The notes beneath the pieces are model-generated. The model had not been told where the DNA came from. It ran no database searches and was given only the letters and a program-made list of their open reading frames with translations. The translations under genes and the position numbers were made by a program. From Podarcis pityusensis (Eukaryota), in the NCBI GenBank assembly GCA_964106645.2, contig OZ067041.1: DNA of 64,000 nucleotides, one strand, 5' to 3'. Below, piece by piece: positions 23,420-36,378 of the stretch (within the stretch, counting starts at the first letter, position 1; each line of letters opens with the position of its first letter).

Positions 23420-23830
23420 GTTAGATTACTATGGGCTGTCTCTGAAGATCCAAATAGCATATAACAGCCACCAGGATGCTTTTGGGAGTCAAGCGCTTTG
23501 ATTATGTACACCTATTCCCTGCCAGTTGCATTGGCTGTCTATTCATATTCAAGCTCAGTTTAATGTTATGTTCTTAACCTTTAAATGGTTTGGGACCAAT
23601 TAATTTGAAGTACCATTTTTACCTACCCAGGTGTTGGGGCTGACAGTAGAGGCCCTGCTCTGTTGCTTTCCCTTAATGAGCTATCTTGCTGGTGGGTATC
23701 AGGGACAAACCTTTTCCAGCACTGACTCCTCAGCTGTAGTTTCTTCCTCCATGAAGTGCATATGACCCCCTCTTTGATTTCCTTTCAGACATCATCCTCA
23801 GCTTCTCATCATCCTTTTAGTGAAGCTCAC
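23420..23830 (+). mobile_element. Old L2 fragment
   Basis: ggttagattact...cagttgcattggctgtctattc...cctttaaatggtttgggacca pattern of L2 ORF2 3' part. Confidence 0.5.
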
Positions 23831-25885
23831 TTGATCGTTTAGCTCTTGCTGTTTGTTTTAAATTTTATTTTCAGTATTTTAATTTTCATAAGAAATATGA
23901 ATTTTCTTAAGCATTGTGGTAATGCACCATTTGAATGGGGTCTCTAAAAAGTATATAAACTAAATAAATATGCTTCAGGTTATTAAATATGCTTAAGGTC
24001 ACAGTTCACATTACCTGGAAGTAAGCAACATTGAACCAAGTAAATCCTTGTAGGATCAGTCTTTGTAATCAACACATATTATTTTAGTTAAAAAAAAAGT
24101 TTATTTACAGTCTACCTCATTTTTTGTCATTTGAAGGTTCTTTTTTTTACTAAACAGATGCCAATACAATAAGACATGTTGTTTCTTTTGTACATGCAGT
24201 CTGGTCCTGTACATGTTTACTCAAAACTAAATCTCACTGAGCTTAATGGAGCTTGCTCCCAAGCAAACATGCAGAGAATTATCAGGTTCAGGTAACGAGT
24301 TGTTATTTCATATCTGCTTCATAGTGTCCTCTGGTGCTGTGTTCCTAAAACGTTGGGTCATGCCCTTGTTATCAGGAGAGTTGTAAAAGCAGAGGTTAAA
24401 TGAACAGCAGTTAAAGCAATCTCTTGGGGACAGCAAGAGAAAATAGATATAGAAGTGTTGCTAGAAGAACATCAAGCTTAGATGTTGTTGTGGCAGAAAT
24501 ATTTAACTAGTAGATCCATTTATCAACTAACATATTTATGTCAATCAGAAAGGTGCCCTTGATTTATCAAGCAGATGATTTTTTAAAAAAAGTAAAAACT
24601 TTATTTTTAATATTTATACTACCTACATACTGCAAGCATTCCCTTCATTCTGAGGAGGCAGAATGCATTTTCTAAGATTATACCCACTGCATCATCTAAA
24701 AACAAAAGTATTTCCCCTATTTTTCATATGCAAACTAATTTAATTTAATCAATCAAACAAACAATTAATTGACTAGGTTTCATACCATTAATTAAACAAG
24801 ATTTATTTGGGCAACAGTTCTATTGGCTGACAACAGGGAGCTGGACTAGGACTGAATAATTTAAGGCTCATGAGAGCTCATATATGATTCTAGAGTAGGC
24901 ACTTTACTACCTCTGTTTTTCTCTTGCCTTCTCGCCTAAGTGAATCTGCCTCATCAGTCCACTTATCCCAGGACTACACACACACATAGTTCTGAATTTA
25001 CAACATGCTTTAAAGAAAGCAAGACTTCTTTATGCTTCCATTCATCTAAGGCTGGACTTCATCTTCAGTAATACAGACAGAAGACATCAGGGCTCATAAG
25101 AGATAAGACATACACAGGAATGGCAGTGCTGTACTCTTCCTGGATAAGCAAATTTTTAGACTATTTAAGAGTATATGCTGCAGAATCTTCCTAATCTGTA
25201 GCCTTCTTTATGTGTTACTCGCATGATGGGGTTTCCATGTACTCAAGGGAGAGTTGGTCTGTGATGTTCCCCAAGATTAAATTGTTTTCTCTGCCCCTGG
25301 TGTGCACCTATGCAGATATCCATGGGTAATACCTAGATGTCAAGGCAGGGTAAACCTCACAGATGAGACCTGTGGCACGGTTCTGCTACCCCTTGACTGC
25401 ATAGAGACCCCTTTGCATGAGTAGGGCATTACGAACTAGGGTCTAGGTTTGTCACTTTTTCCTGACAGGCTCCCTATATTTCTGCCTGTCATGCAGCAGA
25501 TAAAACAGGTTCTGTTTCCCCCAGCCTGGAGATGTAGTGATGGGGAACTGCTGAATTATGTTGCTATACAGCTGTTAAAAGCACCCACATTCCAACTGTC
25601 TTTTTCCAGCATCCGCACTCAAACTGTCACTCACTCTTAGCTCCGCCCAGCATTCCATTCCTCTCCCTTACTGTCAATCATTCTTCCATTCAAGCTTCTT
25701 GTCACATTGGACTTATCAAATGCTAAGAGCTGTATACAGAGTGGCAAAGAGCTTTTTATGTCAGGGGACTCAACTCTGAAGAAATCTATGTCTCTTTCAT
25801 AAATGTGGCACTGATTAATGAGTTGCAGTTCACATTGGTGCATTGTGCAGATCCACTCGTCAAAGTGACTGTCAAATCAAAGTTT

Positions 25886-26300
25886 TATGTAGGACTGCTT
25901 CTGAAAACAGTTCAGAAACTTTGGCTGGTGCAGAATTCGGTGGCCAGGTTGCTCACCGGAGGAACAATGCAGAGTGCTGGTTTGACCAATTAAGCCTTAA
26001 ACAGCTCAGGACCGCAATACCTCAAGGACCTCTTCTCTCCATATGAACCTACCTGGACCCTGACATCATTTTCTGATGCCCTTCTTCGTGTGCCTCCTCC
26101 ACATGAGAGGTCCGGAGGGTGGCAGCAGAAGAATGGACCTTTGTGGAATACTCCGGCAGGGAGGTTCAGCTGGTGCCTTCATTAAAAACCTTTAGGCGCC
26201 AGGCAAAAATGTTCCTCTTCTACCAGGCTTTTGGCTGATTAACATCCAATATCCTTTTTACATGTGTTTGGGGAAGGGGTTATTGGTTTGAAATAAGCAC
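25886..26300 (+). mobile_element. L2-type LINE 3' fragment
   Basis: Translates YVGLLLKTVQKLWLVQNSVARLLTG, followed by L2 3' motifs (gccttaaacagc...tttaggcgccaggcaaaaatgttcctcttc). Confidence 0.75.
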
Positions 26301-26336
26301 AACAAAATTTATCTAAGCTATTTTTTTTGTTACTGC

Positions 26337-26484
26337 CAGTGTTTTTTTTTATGGGGGGGACGCAGGGGGTATGTATACCCCTAAACATTTTAGGGGTCTA
26401 AGTTTGGCCTCATTGAGGGGCAGTATTTCAATATGAGTAGGAAAATGAGAGTACCCCTAAACATTTTTATAGAAAAAAGCACTG
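26337..26484. mobile_element. Small hAT MITE
   Basis: TIRs cagtgttttttt / aaaaaagcactg; imperfect 8-bp TSD gttactgc/gttatagc; internal repeat tacccctaaacatttt x2. Confidence 0.7.
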
Positions 26485-29400
26485 GTTATAGCTATAGGTT
26501 TTGTCTTTTGTATTCTATTTAAGACAACTCTTTTATACCACTTTCATGTTGTCAGACTATGGTTTCCTTACCCAATATGAATATAGAGAAGATTGAGGCA
26601 GTTAAACATATATTAGCTGAAAACAAGTGAGGCAAGCTCTTTTTACAGTGGTATTATAATAAAGTAATGTAAACTTTTAATATTGCAAATAACATAATTA
26701 GCTTTAGGTGGGTTTCATGAGTGCATACGCTCTCTCTTTAAGAAAAGCGACAGCAACTCCGTACGTTTCCATGGCATTAGTTGCAAAGCTGGGTTAAATA
26801 ATACAAGGAGCCCAAACAGAAAATTCTCTCCTACCAGAGCTGTGCCATCTGTGTTTCTGACAAGACTGTGCAAATGAAATAATGCTTGTAGCAGACTCAT
26901 GAATCTTTCATAGCCAAGAGTAATCCAGGACTAGCTTCCTCTGCTAATAGACAAAACCCCTGCTGGAATGTAATGGTCTGTACAATGCAGGAACCCCATG
27001 TGTCAAGCCTTATATAAGTCCTCTGATGGGTGTCTATGGATCTGGGAGGGTTCAGTAGCTATTCCTTCTAGTCAGCCAGCCTACAACTGGGATACAGTCT
27101 CAGAGAAATTAAAATTCATGCCCAGCTTAAGCAAACATACATTAACAGTTTTATGTTTACCCAGCCTCCCTGAGACCTCCAGATATAGGGCGGTATATAA
27201 ATTCAATTAATAAAAAACTAACTTGGATCAATTTAGCTGCAAAACTCTCTGCTACGATAAATAGCCATTGTGGTATATATTTATTTCTGGAAGTATTTAA
27301 AATCCAAACTTTTATACAAGTATATCAATTAATTAAGAGCCTGAGGTTCAAATTCCCACTCAGCCATAAAGTTTGTTGACTCTATGCCTGTCATTTTCTT
27401 ACAACCTAACCCTCTCGAAGGTTTATTGTGTGAATGAAAGGGATAATGACTATGCCACTATGGGCTCCTTGTGAATGTTGGTACATACTTGAATTAGAAG
27501 ACTGTGTTATCCACCTCGAGCTTCTGATGAAAAAACTGAAAACCTATTGAACATCTCAATGCTGCACAACAGAATTAGTAGAGCCTGCTTGGTGTTTAGA
27601 TGATTGGTTCCTGAGGCTAAATAATGCTTGAGTAGCTCATAGGTTGAAACCAAGGATAACTCTTGCCGTCACATAGTTTGCCTTGATTTCAGCCCACTAA
27701 GAAATCTGTTTATCCATTTCATTAATGGTACTGCAGTGCTTTAAAAGCTTCATTCTTCACTTCTTTTTTTTGCATGAAATCAGTTTTGAATTACAGTACC
27801 TGGTAGTCAGTGTGAAACAGCTGCTAAAGATAAGACTTTCACAGGTTGTTGTGCAACAAAAATAGAGTGACTAATAGTAGAAGTGGTCTTATTTATAGAA
27901 AGCTCTGTTTTTAGACTATATTTCTAAAGCAAACAGCTGCTACTCTGTGTATTTTAGAACCTTGGAAATGCAGGGGTGGCTTGTGTGGGAAGAACAAGCA
28001 CTCCACAGAAAGCTAGAAATTCCTGTTAACCTTTGACAGGTTGATGTTGAATGAGGCAAGCAGCCTCTAAAGACAGCTGTGTAGCAGGTCCTGTTGGATC
28101 TGTCAGTGACCAGTCATTTCGCATAGAATTTTTTAAAAATTACATGCTGCCATAGCAGGCACATTTCCTTTGAACTGTGTGCCTTGCATTACCTTTTAAA
28201 TCACTTCTGAGGGGCTGAAGTATGTATACAAATAGCAGTGCAGTTCCAAATCTTCTCAGCAGGTGTTGAGTTTTGCTTTCAGGGAACCTTAATAAGATTC
28301 AGTCCTAGAAATAGTTACAGGGTATATTGTATGGTTGTTCCAAGGCAACCGTAAATGCTTAAGTGGCTAAATTAACAACCATTTACGTTTAAATATTGAA
28401 AATGCTGAGAGATTACATTTGCAGGAATATGGACGTTTCCCCCACCTTCATTTGCTTTAGTTAGTAAAAATGCTGGCAAAAGTGTAATCTTCCTCAGATA
28501 TATTTCTCCTGTAGTTGTTGTGTTTGAGATAATCCAGTCTTGTGCCCTGTGATTATTACATGTGCTTGTTTATATATGTGTCAGACCCAAGGTTCAAGTC
28601 TCCACCTAACCATGAAGCTTGCTGGGTGACCTTCAGACAATCCCTGTTTCTCAGGCTAATGTACTTCATAGTATTGTTGTCAGGACAGGAGGGGGAAACT
28701 ATATAAGATGCATCAAGGTCCTTGGTTATTATTGGGCTATATGTGTATTATCATTAAACCACTGTGCTATTGATTATCCCATCATTAATTAGCTCTATGG
28801 TGGCTTTCCAGGACCTCACCCAGCAGTGGAGAATGCATCTTTAAATGCACCAGGTCAGAGTGAGGCTGCAGAGTCTTCTTCCGTCAGCCCTCTCCCCCCT
28901 CTTCCTGCCTGCTGTAGTGAGCAGCACTATGTTTTTGTATAGCAGCAACCAGGGGAGAATGGCGGGTAAGGGGACCAGTAGAAGGGCAGCAGCAACTACA
29001 TTTCAGTGTGTAGACACTGCATATTGGTGAGACCTGGTGATCATGTTTTCCTTTGCATTTGGGCTTTAATCCACCACACTCAATATAGTGGCCTTAAAGT
29101 GGATAATCAAGCCAGGCAGGGTTTCTATGACAACTTATTTTGGAGGTACAGTACAGGCAAGTCCTGAATGTAAGAAAGAAACCCCTTAACTAAATTGGAT
29201 GGTATGAGTAACACTTCAAAAATGGTAATATTGTGTCTTTGCTCCTTTGTTTTTGTTTCATTGGATAAATTTAATCTTCCCATGTTTTCCTTTTGTAATT
29301 CCCTCCGAGTTACTTCCTGTACACACACTTTTAAAGAAAGAAAGTGTGATTTTCTTCACCATCAGTTTAAAGGGAAGTGTTAGGCACAAATTCTTTGTAA

Positions 29401-32400
29401 AACATATAAAACAACCAGTGGAATTTTTCCTCTCTCCTCATTTTCTTACACTAAATTAGGATGAAGAATGGTATAAGCTGCCATCCCTCTGGCTGGCCAA
29501 TGTAGGTGAGGAACTTGATCACCTGACTCAACTTTCCTGTTACAGATGCTTAATCTTTTGATAGCACATTCCTCCCAAGCAGACTAAATGAGATGAATAA
29601 CTTTATATCACAGTAAGAATTGCCATGCCTTATTGTAACTTCCTTTCAGTCCTCATTTGCCTGTAATTTTATCATTAACCACAAAATCCAGTCTGCAAAA
29701 GTGGGCTTAAATCTGGTCAAATGTTGATTCTTTGTTCATTTGTAAAGATACTGTCAAGTTTGTAAAATGTGAAATGTAACTAAATATTTTTATGCTGTAT
29801 TTTGTTTCCTGTCTAGATACTTGTTTGATATATAAGCCTCGACATAAATAAAAACACATTTTTATCTTTTTCTGAGACCTATTAAAAATGAACAAACGCA
29901 ACAAATTTGGATTAAGGGAAAGAAATCTCAAGTCTGAATGTTGTTGTTGGGATCTAAAGTACATTATCTGTGCATCCAGAGGCTTTTGCATTTGAACCAG
30001 GCCTGCCACAGTTCTGCTTTTTCAAAGAAACTTCACCTGCTGAATCGAATCAGAGTGGGGTACAGCTTTTTCAGTCGCATTGGAACTCTGGCCAGTGTGT
30101 GGGAAGTTTTACAGAACGTTGCTGCACAAGCAACATTCCCCGTTCAGCCATTTGGGTTTTGTAGCCTTGCAAATAGGTTCACAAATACCTTTACTAGCCT
30201 GCCTGGCCACACACCTGTACCAATCACTTATGTCACCCTGGTGGCCGGAATGGGGATCAAAAACTTCCAGTGCACAGCAGCATCCCTGCCTGTTCAATGG
30301 GAGGCCATTCTTGTTCTGAAAACCTGACTAACTGCCAGCATTAGAAGGATAGAACTTTGTGGCAGGAAATATTGTCTAATATGGCACAATTGATGCTGTA
30401 ATTTTTATATATATTAAATCTGTGCAAATGTCATATTTCAAGAAAGGTCATATGTTGTTTTAAAACACATCCAGTGGTTGTATGGTGGGGGAGGGGATAG
30501 GGCTTATTGCTTTGGTAAGGTAGCATGACGTAACATGTGCAGGAAATTTTAAATAGCTTAATGTTTAAGTCAGGATAAGCACCATGCTGCTGAGGTGCAG
30601 TCACCTGTGTATTGTTACATAATCAGTTCTTTCCTTGGCTACTCAAGTAACAAACCTATTTAAAATTGTCACCCTACCCTGCATGTTTCTAGAAAGGGAA
30701 ATGGTATTTACTACTAAAGTCTGTTGTCTGCAAACCTAGCCTGGATTCTAGGAAATTCATATTAATGTTTTTTCCGCTGAAATTTTCAACGTGTTCTGCA
30801 GTAGACTGAATTAATGCACATGTGGCAGGTACTTATCCTCTTGAGATAATCTGCTTTCAAATTTACAGTATCTTCAGCAGTGAACATTGGTAGAGCCTCA
30901 GCTCCCCACCCCCTGCGCATATAATCATTTCACTTGTGGATGGCCGATGGTGGAAATGTTTAACCAGTGTTTAGGTTAAATTGACACCAGGTAAATTCTT
31001 ATGTGAAAATCACATCTGGTTTCTTTTGTATGTGTTTGTATTTCTTGCAATTTTATGATGTGTAAGGTTGTATGCCTGTTCTTGAAGTCATGCTTTTGTA
31101 TATAAATGTTTTGTTAGTTAAAGCATGCCCTCCACTGGATTCATTTAGGTTTGAAGTCCTTTTGAAGTTAGTTACACCAGGGAGAACACTGACATATTCA
31201 TTGGTCAATTCTGAAATGTTGCTATAAAGCTTCATAAAATATTCTATATGAAGTCACTGGTTGTGTATAGTGCGGAGGGTGAGGGAGCAAGAACTTTCCT
31301 TTGTCCCCCTTTCTCCAACACATCTGCCCAAAGAGAAAAATGAGAGAGAGAACTCTTTTCCTTGCATGGCCTCCTGTATCTCTTTCCTCTGGGTTTTCTT
31401 AGCTTGGAAGGACAAGATGGAGTGGGGGCAGAAGGACAGATTTGTGAATATATGTATAACGGAGAATTAAACCTGAAAGAAAGCTCGTTGTTGTGTAATT
31501 TTCTCTCTCTCTCATGATTTCTTATTCAGCCCAAGCCCTTTTCTGGCTTAGAAATGCAGGAGGGGGGCACCCTGTACCTCAGCTCATAGAGCACCAAAGG
31601 TGCATAATGTGCTCTAATACGTCTCATTCTCCATTTTACTTCTCCTGTTGGGAAATGACAGCTAGTCTGTCACATACAGATACCTGGGAAAGTTTAAAGA
31701 CGGAGGTGTACATGAGGATGAGATCTCAAGCGCTCTTCTGATTTTGCCACCTTTTCCAATAGTGTTTCAAATATACGCAATTTCACTTAAACACGTGGTG
31801 CCTTGGAACATAACCCCCACGTAAATTGGGAGTTGCCTATAAAGAGGTGGAAAGGCATTCCCATGTAACTTGGCCCTCATCCGATATTTGAGCCCCATGC
31901 TCAAGTAATATTTGGACAAAAACAGTGCTAAGAACATTATCAATAACACACTTTTTTGAGTGAAACAGGTTAGGTTCTTATAAAAACAGTTTAATTAGAA
32001 CCTTTGTTGGCAGCAGATGTGTTCAAGAAGGTTCGCTTCAACTTGAAACATGCCATTTCAAAATGAGAATGTTACCTCTCGAGCTTCTAATCTGTTCCCT
32101 GAGAAAGAAAAAAATGGGATCCAAATTAACAACTGGAACATAGCCTTGTTGACTTCCTTGCATGGCAAGGTTCGCATCTTCTGTGTCAAGGGCCTAGCTT
32201 TAGCCCGCTTCGTCAACAGTTATACTTGTCAACAAATGCCCCAGCTGACAACATGAAATTGCAGCCAGTCTACTTACATGCAAGTAATTTCTGTGTTTCT
32301 CTTGGAGCATCTGGATTGTACAGGAGCACACTGGGGCAAAAGAGTGAGAGGAAGATTGCTTGTGTGCGCACAACTGAAGCATCCTGCTGCCCAAGTCCAT

Positions 32401-33563
32401 AATTCAGCATAGCTGGTAATACCAGAACTGAAATCCCCTGTGTGTCAAAAGAGCAGTACTACTGTTTTGCTATGGCATACATTTGCTGTAGAAAAACTAT
32501 AAAGAACATTGAGTCATTACTGCTTTGGAATAGCTAAATGTACATTTCAACACCACATCTCAAATGGGAACATTTACATGTATCCTGTCTTATAGATCAA
32601 TTAATGTTGTCATTTTGTAAGTTCTGCAAACAAGTATTTTCACGTTAGGCTTGACTATTAAAATAACATTATTACTTGGCATGGGTTTTCTGCCTTTGTT
32701 TTGCCACATGTAATCTGAGAAGTCTCATCTATCTCATTGTAACAGAAGACATTTGCAACATTAAAAAGGCTAGTTGTTCTATTATCAAAACCAGCTAGGT
32801 AGGATACATTTGTGACCCAGGCATTACTTTTGTTTGGCTTTATTTGAGTTCTGTGTTTTCTTAGTTCATCTAACTTAAAAGGACCAGAAAAACCTCTGTT
32901 TTATAGCAGTTGGAAACCTGATTTACTTCATGGGCAGTTATGTACAGTATTCAGCTTTGGTCAACAAAAGGAAACAGACCATGCTTGTCTTAACAGGTAT
33001 TTCATCTGTCATAGCAATCATGCACAAGACTCCTCATTCATTTCTGCAACTGCCCATTGAAATTCCTTTCCTCTTTGTCAACAGTATTTTAAGCTTAACC
33101 TGGATTTCTAGTTTTTAATGGCACAAGGAGCATGCATGTTTCACATTATTTATGTAATGCCAAAATCCTTGTTTGGAAAATATCTGGTGAATTATTGAGC
33201 AAATTAACTTACTTCAGATGTTAAATTTCTGTTGCTGATACTATAATATGAGAAACGTAATTCTTGCTTCAGGGGTGGGTGGGGGTAGTAATTCTCCTGC
33301 CTCCCAATTTAAAGAGAGAGAGAAGGAGGGGAAGGTTGCTAGCATAGCCTGGTAACTTAGAAGGGATTTTTAACGACTTAAAACAGGGATTGCCAACCTA
33401 GTGGGCACATTTCAAATTTTGATAGTGATGGCGGCACCAGTAACAAAATGGCTGCCATGGGGACTGTGGCATAACACAAAATTAGAGAGACAGCCACTCC
33501 CAACAGCCTTATGCTTACCACAGGAAGTCAGCTGTATCCTGTTGGTCCCGATTATGGAGATCA

Positions 33564-33564
<1 letters not shown>

Positions 33565-33596
<32 letters not shown>
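33565..33596. repeat. (CA)n microsatellite
   Basis: Read directly from the sequence. Confidence 0.95.
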
Positions 33597-33600
<4 letters not shown>

Positions 33601-36147
33601 ATGATGCTGTTGCTGTTGCTGTCTAACAACAATAGGGAACATTCTTCAGCACTAGGAAAAATATGCAAGGTAGCCACACCACTCTAATTTGCCCAATATC
33701 TTTCTTTCTAGCAGGGCTGGCACCAATCTGGTGCCCGTGAGCGAACTCTGCCCTAAACAAAGAATTGCAGGTTCTGTTGTGCATGCAGAATGAAATAATA
33801 TTTATCGGAATAATATAACAACAACAATGAAGTCAGCGATAAAGTAGAAACCTTTGGCTTTACCAAAGTTTAATGCTAGAGAAAGCATTGCGAATGCATG
33901 TGACTTCATTGACTTGAATGACTATTATTTAGATTTTAGATAAATGATTTTATGGGATGCATGTGTGTCTGTTGTTGACTGCATATTTTAATAATTACAT
34001 ATTTTAAAATTCGTTGCAATTAATATTTGAAGGCAAATGCATTTGAATGGAAATATTCTTTCCATTTTTTGATTCCATTGTGTTTCTGCATTGAACAGTA
34101 GTTTGTTCTTTCAAAAAGCATGAAGGATTCTCTCCTATCTACATATAAGAATATGTAAATCGGAATGCATTTTGCTTTTAACCTTTTAAATCTATTTCTG
34201 AGTGTGTTTTCTTGAAATGGTGCTTTCTAGGCATTTTGTGTATTTTTAAAGAGAGAGCTGTATCACAAAACTTGGATATGTGCAACAACGGGTGGGGGTT
34301 GATTAGCTGTACTCTTGTCTACCACCTTAAAAAAGATATGAGAGTATACACACCCTAGCAATGAGGGAGATGGGCTTCTAGTCTTCATATAATTTTAAGA
34401 AAGAAAAAGCTTCCAAAGTGCCAAATATTTTTGTGGTAGAAGTAACCTTGCTGGTGTTTATCTCTTCATTTTTTTTGAATGGCTACATAAGCAATCCTAC
34501 TGTTGTGTGCTGCAGTGGTGGAATGACATATTCATAGGTAAGTGTGGATTGTTTAAGCCTTATCATGTAAAAGAGCAGTAAATAAACAATTTATTTGAAA
34601 GGTGACCATGGGTGAGCAAATTGTCACTTATCACAAATGATGTCAAATCCAGCAAATACCCATAATGCTCATACTACCTCATTCTACACAGCAGTCATAG
34701 ATGCAATTGATACTCTATGGGGGGGGGGTGAATAGAATTTTCCTAGAAACAAAATATTGTAATTGGAGGGCTTGGGAAACGTTAAGCCTTGAGGAAAGAA
34801 GTAGAAGTACTGTACTGCACAGAATAATCATGTGTTATGGTCGCCAAATGCAAAGAACAAACAACAGGGAATGTTCTGCTTGTGAATTTTGTAAGGGCAT
34901 CTGACTGATCACTGTTGGAGGCAAGGTGCTGAACTTCATTGTCCTTTGTTCTAATCCAGCAAGTCATTTCTTACATTCTAACACACGTTCACAACTCATC
35001 TATTGAGTCATGGGAACTGCCCTTACAGAAAGTATGGGAGTCACTTAAATTGCTTCCATTTCACTGGAACTGCTCCTGAAATTAAAGTAAGGCTCATGTT
35101 TAAGTGCCTTACCAAATTTGGCTTGTAATGCAAGAAATGTTATCTTGAAGCAGTAAAAGAACATTCCTTTGAATCCCACCTCTCTTGGGAACAGAGTAGT
35201 TACAGCTGTGTGTACACAGTTCACAGCCTGGCAACTTGCACTGAAGGATTTCCCTTTTTTATTTGGGGAAAGTGTTGATCTATTTCAAGACATGGATTTG
35301 GTTTGAAAATCCTTTTCTTAAACTTATAAACCTCAGGGTTGGTTGTGTGTGTGCGTGTGTGGTTTTTTGAAAAAAAGCTTCGTAGGCTGCATTGAAATGT
35401 TCTGTTTTGTGTCCTTCAGTCTTTTTAATTACCAGAACAAGCAGTAAAGAACAAATACCAAATGAATCTGACACCATCTCTAATCCTTGAATAGTTCCAT
35501 CCTTAAATGATTAAATCTGAAGATGCAGCTTTTAACTATAAGCCTCCACTCACTCAGTTACTGTTTACTGTATAATAAAACAGATGGGATGGAGATTTCC
35601 ACTGCGACTGAATTTCAGTGCTTGTGAGATAGTTTGAACTTTCGATTCAGAGATGACAATATGCTGTCCATTGATCGTGCAGTGGATGAGAGTAGGGACC
35701 ACTATCTACCCCTATTTAAAATGGGGCTGGGGGAAATGGAGTAGATGTTTGATTAGAGCTGGAGAGGGGAAACATGCAACATTCAAACAAATTTCAGTGC
35801 TAGAATGGCCACTTACCTGATTTCAGGGTGGCCAGCTGTTGCGATTCGCTGCGGCGCCTCCAAAGCCTTGCCATGTTGTTTTGGCCATTGGAAGCTTCCC
35901 TGGCTGCCACAGAGCATCATGAGTGGCCAGTATTTCAAATCTAGCCTATCTGTGGCGGCCTGTGGCAGGGCTTGGGGAGCGGACCTGGAGGCTGCATTCT
36001 TCACTCAGGTCTGCTCCAAATTACTATGACTGAATCTGACAATTTGGCACAATGTCATAGAAACATGGAGCTGTGATGATAAATTTAGCAGCTTGCACTG
36101 TATTTGGATTTCTGTCCTGATCTGCTCCTATCAGCAATAATACTGTA

Positions 36148-36378
36148 CAGTGGTACCTCGGGTTACAGACACTTCAGGTTACAGACGGTTCAGGTTACAG
36201 ACTCTGCTAACCCAGAAATAGTACCTCAGGTTAAGAACTTTGCTTCAGGATGAGAACAGAAATCGTGTGGCGGCAGCGGGAGGCCCCCTTAGCTAAAGTG
36301 GTGCTTCAGGTTAAGAACAGTTTCAGGTTAAGAACAGACCTCCAGAACGAATTAAGTTCTTAACCCGAGGTGCCACTG
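36148..36378. mobile_element. Tc1/mariner (pogo/Tigger-like) MITE, copy 2
   Basis: TIRs cagtggtacctcgggtta / taacccgaggtgccactg; TA TSD; highly similar to 4363-4588 and in the same orientation. Confidence 0.9.

Noticed and set aside
24324-24337. Additional CTCF-like motifs (also ~58906-58919)
   Set aside because: Mismatches at core GGC positions; expected by chance.
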